Origin: Candidatus Aenigmatarchaeota archaeon
GTDB taxonomy: Archaea > Aenigmatarchaeota > Aenigmatarchaeia > QMZP01 > JAFGSV01
Assembly: GCA_016931255.1 (NCBI GenBank)
Contig: JAFGFG010000001.1
Coordinates: 30,961 to 94,960 of the forward strand
DNA: 64,000 nt
Reading direction: 5' to 3'
Shown: piece by piece, positions 1-9,869 of the stretch
Layout: each line of letters starts with the position of its first letter
Numbering within the stretch: the stretch's first letter is position 1
Notes under the pieces: model-generated
Databases searched by the model: none
Told to the model about the DNA's origin: nothing
The model's input: only the letters and a program-made list of their open reading frames with translations
Made by a program: the position numbers and the translations under genes

Positions 1-17
1 CATTTCTTCCCTGAGTC

Positions 18-545
18 CTAATCTCTTTTCCACCACCATGCCAGACCCCATCCGAATATGAGCACAACTGCGAATGCGGCGAATGGTATCCAGAACCCTT
101 CCACACCTGCAGAAGGCTCGGGACATGCCTGGTTTATGACAACAGGAGACTCGATTATCGTATTGCCCTGCCTCAGTTTGACAGTACCTTCAACCACGTC
201 TTCCATACTCTCGATTATTATGTCTGCCGATACCTGCGATTCAGGCTCGCACAGGACATTGTCGATATAGAAGAACGTTGATTTCCATTGTCCAGCGCCT
301 TCCCTTATCCTTCCCGGAACATCGACCTGGATGTCCCAGCACCCCGTGAGATTCGCTGCGTGCACTGTGACAGTGAAGTCCATGCAGGTTCCGGATGCCT
401 CGACAAGCGTTATCTCCGTGCTTTCCGCAGACACCGAGATGAATACCCCTAGAAAAAGGACAGCTGCCAGCGCGAGCGCCTTTGTATGAATCATCTTTTC
501 CTTATGGGTATGCTGCATGAAAGAGCGGTGCGCATACCTATACAT
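18..545 (-). CDS. Secreted/membrane-anchored protein with C-terminal TM and WWWK tail; paralog of 10647..11132 (real start possibly 494)
   Basis: Signal peptide, conserved Cys, Pro-rich linker, TM helix ending GWGLAWWWKRD; aligns by eye with 10647..11132. Confidence 0.75.
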   Translation of the reverse strand: MYRYAHRSFMQHTHKEKMIHTKALALAAVLFLGVFISVSAESTEITLVEASGTCMDFTVTVHAANLTGCWDIQVDVPGRIREGAGQWKSTFFYIDNVLCEPESQVSADIIIESMEDVVEGTVKLRQGNTIIESPVVINQACPEPSAGVEGFWIPFAAFAVVLIFGWGLAWWWKRD

Positions 546-647
546 TATAATTGCCGCGATTTTCTAATAAGCTTCTAAATTGTTTATTTGTCACTAATTA
601 ATGGTCAAAATAGATATTTTTATAAAGCTAAAATCTATAATGCGTAT

Positions 648-1055
648 ATGATTAATCCTGTTGACATATCGGGAAACAAACTGAAAAGGCTGTGTATAGA
701 TAATACATTGTCGTCCCCTAGTCCATTGCCTTATTATGATGAAACTTCAGAAATACTGGAAAGGCTTTTTCCCAGTGACCCGGCAAAACAATGTGTAGAA
801 TATGCACTTGGCTGCAGAGAAAATATTCCCGATGCGATTGATGGTATATTCGCACACGATGGAAATCCCGTTCATGGAGATATTGTATTATATCGTGACA
901 GAAAGGAAAACAAGTTTACACATGCGGGTGTTTATCAGGCAAACGGAATGGTCGCATCAAAATTCACCATAGGACCGGTATTTCTGCACAATATCGGTGA
1001 TGTTCCATTATGCTACGGCAATGAAGTTTATTTTTCAAGACTCGGTGTGAAGTGA
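648..1055 (+). CDS. Papain-like (Cys-His) fold protein, putative amidase/protease; paralog of 1060..1653
   Basis: QCVEYALG...GDIVLY...THAG...SKF motifs; TTTTATAAA box about 25 nt upstream of ATG 648. Confidence 0.55.
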   Translation: MINPVDISGNKLKRLCIDNTLSSPSPLPYYDETSEILERLFPSDPAKQCVEYALGCRENIPDAIDGIFAHDGNPVHGDIVLYRDRKENKFTHAGVYQANGMVASKFTIGPVFLHNIGDVPLCYGNEVYFSRLGVK

Positions 1056-1059
1056 TTTA

Positions 1060-1653
1060 ATGAATAATATACTTTACGAGAAACTGGATATAGACCCAGC
1101 TGAGGTAAAGAAGATAACCGCGGTATGCAGCGTAGCCAGCAGCCTCCGTGAAAAGGGACTGCCGTGCCACATAACAGAGAGGGTCTACAGGAACCTTCCG
1201 GACAGCGTTGCTGCCATAGGGCCTTCGACTCCGGGATACCAGTGCAATGATTATGCGCTGGGATCACTTTCCATACTTGCTATCGATGAATACGCGCTGA
1301 AGGAAGGTGATACTCCGAAAGCCGGGGACATTGTAGTGTATGAATCATCGTTGCCACTTGAGAATTTCAGGCCAACGCATGTAGGCGTTCTGCAGGAAGA
1401 CGGGACTGTCATAAGCAAGTGGGGCTCGCTCCCGCTGATGAAGCATGAAAAGAGCGCGGTTGTGGAAGAATACATTGATACTGATTCTCCCATGATAAGC
1501 TTCGCAAGGATACCGTCCGGACTGCTCCGTGTATACAGGGAAATGTTCTCAATGGAGATGCTTTCAGGCTATCCGCTTCTCTATGATCCTGAAGAGATAT
1601 CATGGGTGAACAGGGATTTCATAAATCATGTATACGGAAAGCTTCCGGTTTAG
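1060..1653 (+). CDS. Papain-like (Cys-His) fold protein
   Basis: QCNDYALG...GDIVVY...THVG...SKWG motifs; starts 4 nt after its paralog. Confidence 0.55.
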   Translation: MNNILYEKLDIDPAEVKKITAVCSVASSLREKGLPCHITERVYRNLPDSVAAIGPSTPGYQCNDYALGSLSILAIDEYALKEGDTPKAGDIVVYESSLPLENFRPTHVGVLQEDGTVISKWGSLPLMKHEKSAVVEEYIDTDSPMISFARIPSGLLRVYREMFSMEMLSGYPLLYDPEEISWVNRDFINHVYGKLPV

Positions 1654-1733
1654 TTCATTTTATGGCTGTCCGGCTTTCCATCATGTGTAATTCCGGACAT
1701 TAATTTTTTAACAATCAATATCAAGACAGTAAC

Positions 1734-2174
1734 ATGAATATAGCGAGCCCGGCTTTCCAGAACAACGGGGACATGCCTTCCAGATACACGTGCCATGGGG
1801 ATAACATAAATCCCGAGTTGAGAATCTCGAATGTTCCCTCCGGTACCAAGAGCCTTGTCCTCATATTGGATGACCCTGACGCTCCGATGGGAACGTGGGA
1901 CCACTGGATACTGTTCAACATACGCCCGTCAACTGCTGTCATACCCGAGAACAGCGTCCCTCCGGGAGCTGTACAGGGAAGGAACAGCTGGGGAAACAGT
2001 GAATACGGAGGGCCATGCCCGCCCTCGGGAAAGCACCGCTACGTCTTCAAGCTATATGCGCTCAGCAGGATTCTTGACATAGGCCACAGCACAGTCAAGA
2101 ACGATATCTATAAGGCCATGAGCGGGAGTGTCATATCGCAGGCTGAGTTCACAGGAACGTATCAGAAACCATGA
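1734..2174 (+). CDS. YbhB/YbcL family PEBP (Raf kinase inhibitor-like) protein
   Basis: DDPDAP, WDHW, YGGPCPPSGKHRY motifs. Confidence 0.93.
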   Translation: MNIASPAFQNNGDMPSRYTCHGDNINPELRISNVPSGTKSLVLILDDPDAPMGTWDHWILFNIRPSTAVIPENSVPPGAVQGRNSWGNSEYGGPCPPSGKHRYVFKLYALSRILDIGHSTVKNDIYKAMSGSVISQAEFTGTYQKP

Positions 2175-2628
2175 GTTGTTGTGTCTTTCCTAAGATACCT
2201 CGCAAGTATCTTCGGAAGTATGGCTATTGCGTTCTCAGCCCTTTCGCCGAGCATGCCGAACTCATGCACAAGTCTGTCGAGCTCGGGGATAAGCTTCTCC
2301 TGAATATCCTCATTGAAGGTCTTCAGCGTTTCGTCATCCGGTATGTATATATTACTATTCCCAGTCCTGCCTGTCCTGTCAATGAATCTTGAGGCTGTCT
2401 CCGCGTATATACACTTGGAGTGACCCCCGATTTTGCTAAGTCAATGAATCTTGAGGCTGTCTCCGCGTATATACCTGACCCCGGACTTATGACCACAGTC
2501 GAGTATCCGTTCAGTTCGCTGTTTATCACATTAACCTTGCTGCGGAGCCTGCTCTGGCTGTATTCGTCCGTTGAAAGGTTTCCCTTCCAGTCCGAAGACC
2601 CCGGAAGCATGATTATAATCTTTTTCAT
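2162..2628 (-). pseudogene. Gene of about 134 aa (degenerate histidine-phosphatase-like fold) frameshifted by a 62-bp duplication-insertion
   Basis: Removing one 35-bp repeat plus the 27-bp insert restores MKKIII...YAETASRFIDRTGRTG...KDTTTHGF* (405 nt, in frame). Confidence 0.7.
2378..2474. repeat. Exact 35-bp direct repeat (2378-2412, 2440-2474) enclosing 27 bp
   Basis: GTCAATGAATCTTGAGGCTGTCTCCGCGTATATAC x2; spacer ACTTGGAGTGACCCCCGATTTTGCTAA. Confidence 0.95.
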
Positions 2629-2695
2629 AGAGTATAGACAGTGCAGAAAAACCTTTATAAAGGTTAAGAAGCAGCGGATGACTATCAGGCGCTCG

Positions 2696-3130
2696 TTAGT
2701 TTCCGCCATTAAGCTTGTTTATTCTGGCGTTCTTGTAGATGGTTCTTGCCTCTTCCCATGTGATTATCCCGTCTTTATTCTTATCAGCGTCCTTCGCAGC
2801 GAAAAAAAGGTCGTTCTGGTTTTTTGGCTTCCACACATTTGGATATTGTATTGTATCGCTTCTGTCGTTTTGATTCAGGAACACATCGACATCCCCTTTC
2901 TTCATGCCTGTGTATATTTCAAGCGCTTCCACGGTTTTTCCGTCATTCAGGATTCTGTATTCCTTCGTTCCCTTCTTATTGCTCACGGTCAGTGTGTCCT
3001 GCTGTGCAGCTGCAATCTGAGTGGCAGCCAGAAGTCCCAGCCCTGTGAGGATTATGTACCTGCCGGCTTTCGTGTCGAACAAATAGTCCATGCATTTTCC
3101 AGTCCAGCTGCCTGAGGTATAATCTGTCAT
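2696..3130 (-). CDS. Secreted EF-hand protein
   Basis: Hydrophobic signal (IILTGLGLLAATQIAAA) and canonical EF-hand loop DKNKDGIITWEE. Confidence 0.65.
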   Translation of the reverse strand: MTDYTSGSWTGKCMDYLFDTKAGRYIILTGLGLLAATQIAAAQQDTLTVSNKKGTKEYRILNDGKTVEALEIYTGMKKGDVDVFLNQNDRSDTIQYPNVWKPKNQNDLFFAAKDADKNKDGIITWEEARTIYKNARINKLNGGN

Positions 3131-3231
3131 ATCATTTTATTGTGGGCAAAATTTTTTAAGTGTAACCGGACATTTTCCGTCCTGAACACAATCTGTGCGT
3201 GATATTAATAGAATGATTACAATAAAGTGGT

Positions 3232-5952
3232 ATGAAGTTCTCCCAGATTGTCATTGTTGCGCTGCTGGCTGTAATGGTAGTATTCTCTGCTTCCATGGGT
3301 ATGCTCGGTGACTGGCTGTGGTTCACAGCCATTGGTTATGATTCGGTGTTCCTTACGATACTGTCAACAGCTATCACTATAGGTCTGATATCTTTTATAC
3401 TATTCTTCGCGTTTTCAGCTGTCAATGTGTCGCTTGCAAGGAAAGCCGCTGTCGGAAAGAAGAAGAAAAGCGAACCGGACGGTGCAAAAGCAGTGAACAT
3501 ACTCGCTGCCATAATGGCTCTTATAACAGCGATTTCCATGAGTAGCCAGTGGGAGACTGTACTCAAGTTCAATAACTTCACGCCGTTTGGCATCACCGAT
3601 CCGGTGTTCGGGATGGATATTGGCTTCTTTACGTTCACGTTGCCTTTCTATTCTCTGGTCATAGGCTTTTTGCTGTCAGTCTTCATTTCAACTGCCGTAC
3701 TTTCCGGAATATCATACATCATCTACTCGTCCGGACTGAAGGTCAGCGGCCGGGAAGAGAACGAGACAGTCAGCGGCCAGTGGGGATCCGGCGGCAATCC
3801 ATTCTCTCCTCAGATGGGAGGAGGTATCAACCTGAAATGGACAGGCTCATGGAAGAGGTTCATGCCCCAGATGAGTATACTCCTCATGCTTATATTCACT
3901 GTCATATCGGCTAACATATATCTCTCAAAGTACAGCCTCCTACTCACGCAGGGAGACGCAGTGTTCGGAGCAGGCTACACGGATATATTCGTGAACATAC
4001 CGCTGCTGACAGTTCTTTCCGGAATTACATTCATCATAGGACTGCTTTTCCTTGCTAACATCAGGATAAAGAAGCCGAGGTTCATAGTCTACGGCATCGC
4101 GGCTTTCTTTGCGATATCATTCATAGGCATCCTGATATCCGGCGCTGTTCAGGGACTCGTGGTCGGTCCCGATGAATTCAATCTTGAGAAGACATATCTC
4201 GAGAAGAACATCGAGTGGACGCTGGCCGCATACGGGCTTGACAATGCCCAGGAGGACATATTCCCTGTAACTTACAAGCTGACAGCGGATGACATAGCTG
4301 ACAACAGTGCTACTGTCAACAACATCAGGCTGTGGGACTGGAGACCACTGACGCAGACATACGATCAGCTTCAGCTTTTCAGGACATATTATGAGTTCAA
4401 TGACGTTGACGTGGACCGCTACCAGATAGACGGCACGTACAAGCAGGTGCTCGTCTCTGCGAGGGAGATGAACACGCAGGACCTTCCGGATCAGGCCAAG
4501 ACATGGGTCAACAGCCATCTGGTTTATACGCACGGATACGGTGTTGTGATGAATCCCGTGGACAAGGTGACTCCAGGGGGCCTGCCGGAGTTCTACCTGA
4601 AGGATATACCACCATCATCCGAATACATCCCTCTTGACGAGATGCGCATATACTACGGAGAAAAGACCGATGATTATGTGATAACAGGGGCAAGCACGAA
4701 GGAATTTGACTACCCGTCCGGAGAGGAGAACATCTACACGGTATACTCTGGTTCAGGGGGCGTTCCGCTCACGGAATTCCTGACCAAGCTCATATATGCG
4801 TTCAAGTTCAAGGCTGTAGAGCTTCTGGTTTCAGGTTCGCTGACAGCGGAAAGCAAATTACTCATGAACAGGAACATAGGCGAGAGGGCATCGGCCATAG
4901 CACCATTCTTCATCTACGATTACGATCCGTATGTTGTCATCTCAGAAGGCAGGCTGTTCTGGATAATGGACGCCTACACCACGACGGACATGTACCCCTA
5001 TTCACAGCCGCTTCGTCTTGGAGGAGACAGAATGAATTACATAAGGAACTCTGTAAAGGTGGTGATAGACGCTTACAGCGGTGAGGTGAGATATTTCATA
5101 GTCGATGAGGAAGACCCGCTGATACAGACTTACCGGAAGATGTTCCCGGATGTCTTCCTGAACTTCGATGAGATGCCGGCTGACCTCAAGTCACATCTGA
5201 GGTATCCTGAGGTCATGTTCAGCATACAGGCCAACATATACTCTACATACCACATGAAGGATCCCATGGTCTTCTACAACAAGGAGGATGTCTGGGTAAC
5301 GCCTGATGAGATATACAGAGGCTCCAGGGAGACGATGCAGCCGTATTACATCATAATGAAGTTGCCGGGAGAGGAGAAGGAAGAATTCATACTAATGATA
5401 CCGTTCACTCCCAAGGGCAAGGAGAACATGATAGGCTGGATGGCTGCAAGGTCTGATGTCCCGAACTATGGAAACGTGCTCGTATACAAATTCTCAAAAC
5501 AGGAGCTTACATACGGCCCGATGCAGATAGAGGCAAGGATTGACCAGGATACTGACATATCGCAGCTCATAACGCTTTGGTCTCAGTCCGGATCGTCGGT
5601 AGTCAGGGGTAACACGCTAGTCATACCCATAGAGGATTCAATACTGTACGTGGAGCCGCTTTATCTTGAGGCAACAGAAAAGGGAACGCTTCCGCAGCTC
5701 CAGAGGGTGATAGTGTCCTATGGAGACAAACTCACAATGCAGGACACATTTTCGAATGCGCTTGATGTCATATTCGGTTCAGGCACCGCGCCTGCCGGAG
5801 ACAGCGATGAGCCTCCAATCAGCCAGACCGACCTGCAGAAGCTCAGCAGAATATCGGACCTCTACGACCTCGCACAGCTGGCTCTCAATGACGGCGACCT
5901 CGGGCTCTATCAGGATTACGTGAACCAGATAGGCAATCTGGTCTCGGGCTGA
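3232..5952 (+). CDS. UPF0182 (COG1615) family membrane protein
   Basis: N-terminal TMs; DPVFGMDIGF, NIRLWD, HLVYTHGYG, NYIRNSVK, HLRYP, YVEPLY motifs. Confidence 0.93.
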   Translation: MKFSQIVIVALLAVMVVFSASMGMLGDWLWFTAIGYDSVFLTILSTAITIGLISFILFFAFSAVNVSLARKAAVGKKKKSEPDGAKAVNILAAIMALITAISMSSQWETVLKFNNFTPFGITDPVFGMDIGFFTFTLPFYSLVIGFLLSVFISTAVLSGISYIIYSSGLKVSGREENETVSGQWGSGGNPFSPQMGGGINLKWTGSWKRFMPQMSILLMLIFTVISANIYLSKYSLLLTQGDAVFGAGYTDIFVNIPLLTVLSGITFIIGLLFLANIRIKKPRFIVYGIAAFFAISFIGILISGAVQGLVVGPDEFNLEKTYLEKNIEWTLAAYGLDNAQEDIFPVTYKLTADDIADNSATVNNIRLWDWRPLTQTYDQLQLFRTYYEFNDVDVDRYQIDGTYKQVLVSAREMNTQDLPDQAKTWVNSHLVYTHGYGVVMNPVDKVTPGGLPEFYLKDIPPSSEYIPLDEMRIYYGEKTDDYVITGASTKEFDYPSGEENIYTVYSGSGGVPLTEFLTKLIYAFKFKAVELLVSGSLTAESKLLMNRNIGERASAIAPFFIYDYDPYVVISEGRLFWIMDAYTTTDMYPYSQPLRLGGDRMNYIRNSVKVVIDAYSGEVRYFIVDEEDPLIQTYRKMFPDVFLNFDEMPADLKSHLRYPEVMFSIQANIYSTYHMKDPMVFYNKEDVWVTPDEIYRGSRETMQPYYIIMKLPGEEKEEFILMIPFTPKGKENMIGWMAARSDVPNYGNVLVYKFSKQELTYGPMQIEARIDQDTDISQLITLWSQSGSSVVRGNTLVIPIEDSILYVEPLYLEATEKGTLPQLQRVIVSYGDKLTMQDTFSNALDVIFGSGTAPAGDSDEPPISQTDLQKLSRISDLYDLAQLALNDGDLGLYQDYVNQIGNLVSG

Positions 5953-6061
5953 AATAAAAATTATGTTATCGTTAGTGCAGCGGTACACGAAGCAGCCCAT
6001 TGGTGTAGAATCGCTTGACATTTAAAACTTTCCTCCAAAACTAAAACAGGCAGGTTTTTCC

Positions 6062-6325
6062 ATGGACACGTTCGAATTTCTCCAGAAGAAAATGTACAGG
6101 TCAAAGCTGTACGAGAGGCCGGGCATACTTCTTGGTGTTTACAAGCAGCTTGTTGTCAGCAATAAAGGACATCAGAGCAATGGTGAATACAGGACATACT
6201 CGGAAGCCAGTAAAGACAACAGGAAGAAGATGGGCACATACGTATACGAGCAGCTGAAACATTACGGTGCTGAGAATTCCGCACAGAAACTCTACGACCA
6301 GGTTCTGAAAGACCTTGTGGAATGA
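6062..6325 (+). CDS. Hypothetical protein
   Basis: 87-aa ORF with host-like codon usage after a TTTAAAA box. Confidence 0.55.
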   Translation: MDTFEFLQKKMYRSKLYERPGILLGVYKQLVVSNKGHQSNGEYRTYSEASKDNRKKMGTYVYEQLKHYGAENSAQKLYDQVLKDLVE

Positions 6326-6363
6326 GTCGAGTTATTTTTAATAAAGCGCATGAAATAATCTTT

Positions 6364-7074
6364 ATGAGGGCGATTCTTGCTTTTTCAGTGGTCGCAGTAC
6401 TGGCTTTCTGCGCAGCCGGTGCAGCGGCGGATAGCAGCGGCGACTACTATGCAGACCTGGACATCGATGTCTCCAACACAGGGCATGTCACAATCTCAGG
6501 AATAACGAACCACCCGGAACTTGAGAGCGGAACCTATGACATATACACGTCCAAAAGCGGAGCCTACTGGATACTCAACATAACACATCCTGAGATTTTC
6601 GCGGATTACGTTTACACGCTGTACATGCCTTCTGAGAGCACCATAAACTATATACGGGCATCGGGGTCGATAGCCATAAAGAAGGGCGGGGACAGGATCA
6701 TGATTGAAGGCGTCGGAAACCACGAGGAGTTCTTCATAGTTGTGCAGTACAGCACGGACCCGCCTGACTATTCCGGCTATCTCTGGTCTTTGGCTATCCC
6801 GGCGCTTTTCGCTGTTCTTATTGCGGTGAGGTACAGGTTCAGGAAAAGGCATACTCCCAGAAGATACGATCCGATGATGCTGAGCAAGAGGCAGCTCGCG
6901 ATTGTCAGTGCACTAGAGAAGAATGGAAAGCCAATGACCCAGCATCAGCTTGAGGAAGCATTAAGCCTTCCCAAATCTTCTGTCTCAAGGAATGTGGCGA
7001 CGCTCGTGAAATCAGGAATACTCACGAAGCACAGCCAGGGCATGAGCAATTCCGTGTGGTTCTCCGAAAAATGA
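6364..7074 (+). CDS. Membrane-anchored winged-helix transcription regulator (extracellular domain-TM-HTH)
   Basis: Signal peptide, TM, C-terminal MTQHQLEEALSLPKSSVSRNVATLVKSGIL HTH. Confidence 0.8.
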   Translation: MRAILAFSVVAVLAFCAAGAAADSSGDYYADLDIDVSNTGHVTISGITNHPELESGTYDIYTSKSGAYWILNITHPEIFADYVYTLYMPSESTINYIRASGSIAIKKGGDRIMIEGVGNHEEFFIVVQYSTDPPDYSGYLWSLAIPALFAVLIAVRYRFRKRHTPRRYDPMMLSKRQLAIVSALEKNGKPMTQHQLEEALSLPKSSVSRNVATLVKSGILTKHSQGMSNSVWFSEK

Positions 7075-7087
7075 AAACCGGTATCAT

Positions 7088-7134
7088 GTTCCACAACGTT
7101 CCGGGTTGTTCCGGTAAATTATATATACTGTTCC
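7088..7134 (+). promoter_or_regulatory. Helically phased GTTCC direct repeats around a TATA box
   Basis: GTTCC at 7088, 7098, 7108 (10-bp period), TTATATATA at 7119-7127, GTTCC at 7130. Confidence 0.6.
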
Positions 7135-7175
7135 GGACAATGCTTCTAAAGAGACCTTTAAAGGAGGTAATTGAA

Positions 7176-8084
7176 ATGAAAGTAATCGCAATAGCAATGC
7201 TGGCTTTGCTGATGATTTCAGTGTCCGCGTATGCAGAAGATGCAGTTCCGACACTTATTTCAGCAGACGAGCCGGTTGATGAAACAACTGCTATGCAGCT
7301 GAAGGTCATGTCTACATCCACAGGCGCCGAAGTAAGGCTCCTGCAGCTTGAGAAGTCCATAGACAGGAACATCCTTTTCGGTGAAAAGGTACTGGACTAC
7401 CTTGCTGAGAACTATCCGGACTATGACACAGCAGAACTTGAGTCGCTTCTTTCAGAGCTTGAAATGCTGAAGGAAGATGTCGCAGCTCAGGACCCGTCAG
7501 CAACAGAGGATGCGGTCCAGGCATTCGTTGACCTCAAGAATGACGCAAGGGACATATCGAATGAATTCAGGACCCTTGTGCACGAGGCTGTAGACGCAGA
7601 CGAACTCGCAACCCTCAGGTCTAATATAGGCAATGAGATAAGCGAGCAGATGAACCAGTGGAAGAACCAGATAAGGGAAAGAATAAGGACGCACAATGAA
7701 GATGTCGTCCAGAAGAAGCTCCAGTCCATGAACAGGACAAACCATGAGCTTGTGGACAAGGTGAAGAACGGGATGGCAAATGCAACGGAGATCAAGAGCC
7801 AGATAAGGCAGATGCTCCAGCAGATGACACCCGGAGAGAAGAGCACTGCAGTCATGGCAATGAAGAGGGAGATGACCTCTCTTGCAGTGAGGACGCAGTC
7901 GGCTCTTCAGTCAGCTGAAGCAGGCTTCCAGCAGAGGCTTGAGACCAGGCTTCAGGAACGGCTTGAAAACATGTCAGAGGCTGACAGTACCATGCTCCAG
8001 GAGAGGATGGATACTCTTGGCATCCAGCCAAAAGCAGGCATTCCAGTGACAGGCCAGACAGTCAGGGGAGGTAATGGAAGATGA
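7176..8084 (+). CDS. Secreted alpha-helical coiled-coil protein
   Basis: GGAGGT SD before ATG 7176, signal peptide, heptad-rich body. Confidence 0.75.
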   Translation: MKVIAIAMLALLMISVSAYAEDAVPTLISADEPVDETTAMQLKVMSTSTGAEVRLLQLEKSIDRNILFGEKVLDYLAENYPDYDTAELESLLSELEMLKEDVAAQDPSATEDAVQAFVDLKNDARDISNEFRTLVHEAVDADELATLRSNIGNEISEQMNQWKNQIRERIRTHNEDVVQKKLQSMNRTNHELVDKVKNGMANATEIKSQIRQMLQQMTPGEKSTAVMAMKREMTSLAVRTQSALQSAEAGFQQRLETRLQERLENMSEADSTMLQERMDTLGIQPKAGIPVTGQTVRGGNGR

Positions 8085-8287
8085 ACGCAAAGTTAATGGC
8101 ATTAACACTCCTGGCATTCGTTCTTGTGGTCGCTGTGAGCGGCTGCACAACAGCACCGGGCGGAACAACAGACACGGGCGGCGCTGACCAGCAGGTCACT
8201 GCAGCACAGGAGAATGAAGTCGTCAGTTCGCTTGACTCGGAGATTCTGGGAGAAGATGACGAAGTTGAAATAGGCGAGATGGTTTAA
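8081..8287 (+). CDS. Small acidic lipoprotein
   Basis: Lipobox-like VAVSGC; start overlaps the upstream stop. Confidence 0.75.
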   Translation: MNAKLMALTLLAFVLVVAVSGCTTAPGGTTDTGGADQQVTAAQENEVVSSLDSEILGEDDEVEIGEMV

Positions 8288-8309
8288 GCCATCTCCCTTT
8301 TCTTTTTTT
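8276..8309 (+). terminator. Hairpin plus T-tract terminator
   Basis: GAGATGG/CCATCTC stem followed by CCTTTTCTTTTTT. Confidence 0.55.
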
Positions 8310-9441
8310 ATGATACGCCTTCACACGCCAGAAGATATCTATTGAACAGGCCCGCCTTTGCAGCCCTGACGAATCTCGACGGGTCGTCACGGTATGCAGT
8401 TCCTATCGCATCCGCGGCACGGTACGCATTGTCCTTCAGCCTTTCCATTGCCATGGGAAACTCCATGTTCAGGAACCTGAACACATTGTCGCGGTTGAAA
8501 TCATCTGTCCTGTAGTGTGTGTTCCTGTTCATTATGTGAATGAGATCCTTCTCTGTTATGGATTCGCCATTAAGCGATTTTGCAAGGTCTGCCATGACAT
8601 CCCTTCCTGTACCCTTCCATATGTATCCCTTATCGTATATGCCGAGCACTTCCCTTGACACCCTGTCGAAATCCGTGCTCTTCCATTCGCCCGGATCAAC
8701 AACGCTGAAGAAGAGCGCCCGTATCTCGGACAGCGGGTCAAACTCCAGGAGCGAATTCAACAGTTTCCTCTGCGCATCCCTGTAAATGTCATCAGCAGGT
8801 TTTCCCTTCATGGCATAGTCCACCTCCGTCTCTTTCGCAGCGTCAATGGCCATTTTGTGCCTCTTTGCGATTGCGCTGTTCTGGGAGAGCTCAACATGGT
8901 CCAGCTCGTGGCGCATGGTCTTATGTCCTTTCCTCATGAACACATCCATCATCTCGGGCGTAATCCCCTTTACAATGTCCCTGACGTCAGCTGCTCTCGT
9001 GATTATCGTATTCCTGACTGTGTCGTAATCGTAAAGAAACTCTTCGCTTTCCCTGAACTTCTTCATCTTCAGGTATCCCATGTTTCTCTCGTAATCTTCC
9101 AGTGCTTTCTCCGGGTCGTCGAGCACCGCTGACACCTCCAGCTTCCTGTTGTTCATGCTGAGCTTTCCGAGATTCCTGATGAAAGTATCAATCACGTCGA
9201 CCTCATGGCAGTGTTCCCTGTATAAATCGTCCCTGGCTATGTTGAATGCATAAACAGTCATGTTATCTGTCTCGAGATGCCCCCTGCAGCCTTTGAGGGA
9301 GGCGAGCTCAAGGTTCACTTTCAGCCCGCTTGTATCAGGAATACCCAGTCCCATCTCTTCCCTTTCCAGAAGCGCGTTTTCAATCATTTCCGCAGCAGCC
9401 TCGTATGAGCCTTCGATGAGAGGATTCCCGTTTACCTTCAT
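8308..9441 (-). CDS. Hypothetical protein with HExxH zinc-metallopeptidase-like motif
   Basis: RHELDH plus downstream SEIRA; 377-aa ORF. Confidence 0.55.
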   Translation of the reverse strand: MKVNGNPLIEGSYEAAAEMIENALLEREEMGLGIPDTSGLKVNLELASLKGCRGHLETDNMTVYAFNIARDDLYREHCHEVDVIDTFIRNLGKLSMNNRKLEVSAVLDDPEKALEDYERNMGYLKMKKFRESEEFLYDYDTVRNTIITRAADVRDIVKGITPEMMDVFMRKGHKTMRHELDHVELSQNSAIAKRHKMAIDAAKETEVDYAMKGKPADDIYRDAQRKLLNSLLEFDPLSEIRALFFSVVDPGEWKSTDFDRVSREVLGIYDKGYIWKGTGRDVMADLAKSLNGESITEKDLIHIMNRNTHYRTDDFNRDNVFRFLNMEFPMAMERLKDNAYRAADAIGTAYRDDPSRFVRAAKAGLFNRYLLACEGVS

Positions 9442-9529
9442 TAGAAAGAAAGCGCATGAAAGCTTTATAAATCTTAATATTAACTACTTATTGGTGACTA
9501 ATATTCTCAATAAATTCATAAGTGTCTAT

Positions 9530-9847
9530 ATGTATGACGGCGTCCCGTGCTACATGAAAAACAGGGGAACTGATTATCGTGGCGGGGGAAAGGGAACCCT
9601 GGCGGAGATAGGGAGAGAAATAGCAGCAGAAATCCGTAACGGATACGAGCTTAGGATTCTTGGCGAATCCGATGTATATCCTTCCTTTGGAATGAGCCCT
9701 CTTGACGGAAACAACGTAGCAGAGCTTGCTATGCATCTTCACAGGAGCAAGTCAGTCAATGAAGGCGCAGTCACAGGAGATGCAGTCATGACAGGCACGG
9801 ATGCGGCTGTCAGGCATATCGGCAACTCCGGATATTCCCTTTCTTAA
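9530..9847 (+). CDS. Hypothetical protein (start uncertain)
   Basis: 3' part of ORF 9260..9847 that does not overlap the opposite gene. Confidence 0.4.
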   Translation: MYDGVPCYMKNRGTDYRGGGKGTLAEIGREIAAEIRNGYELRILGESDVYPSFGMSPLDGNNVAELAMHLHRSKSVNEGAVTGDAVMTGTDAAVRHIGNSGYSLS

Positions 9848-9869
9848 AACTTTTACATAAAATTTCATT

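Noticed and set aside
2420..3115. 231-aa plus-strand ORF
   Set aside because: Antisense shadow of the EF-hand gene and the interrupted gene; no recognisable motifs.
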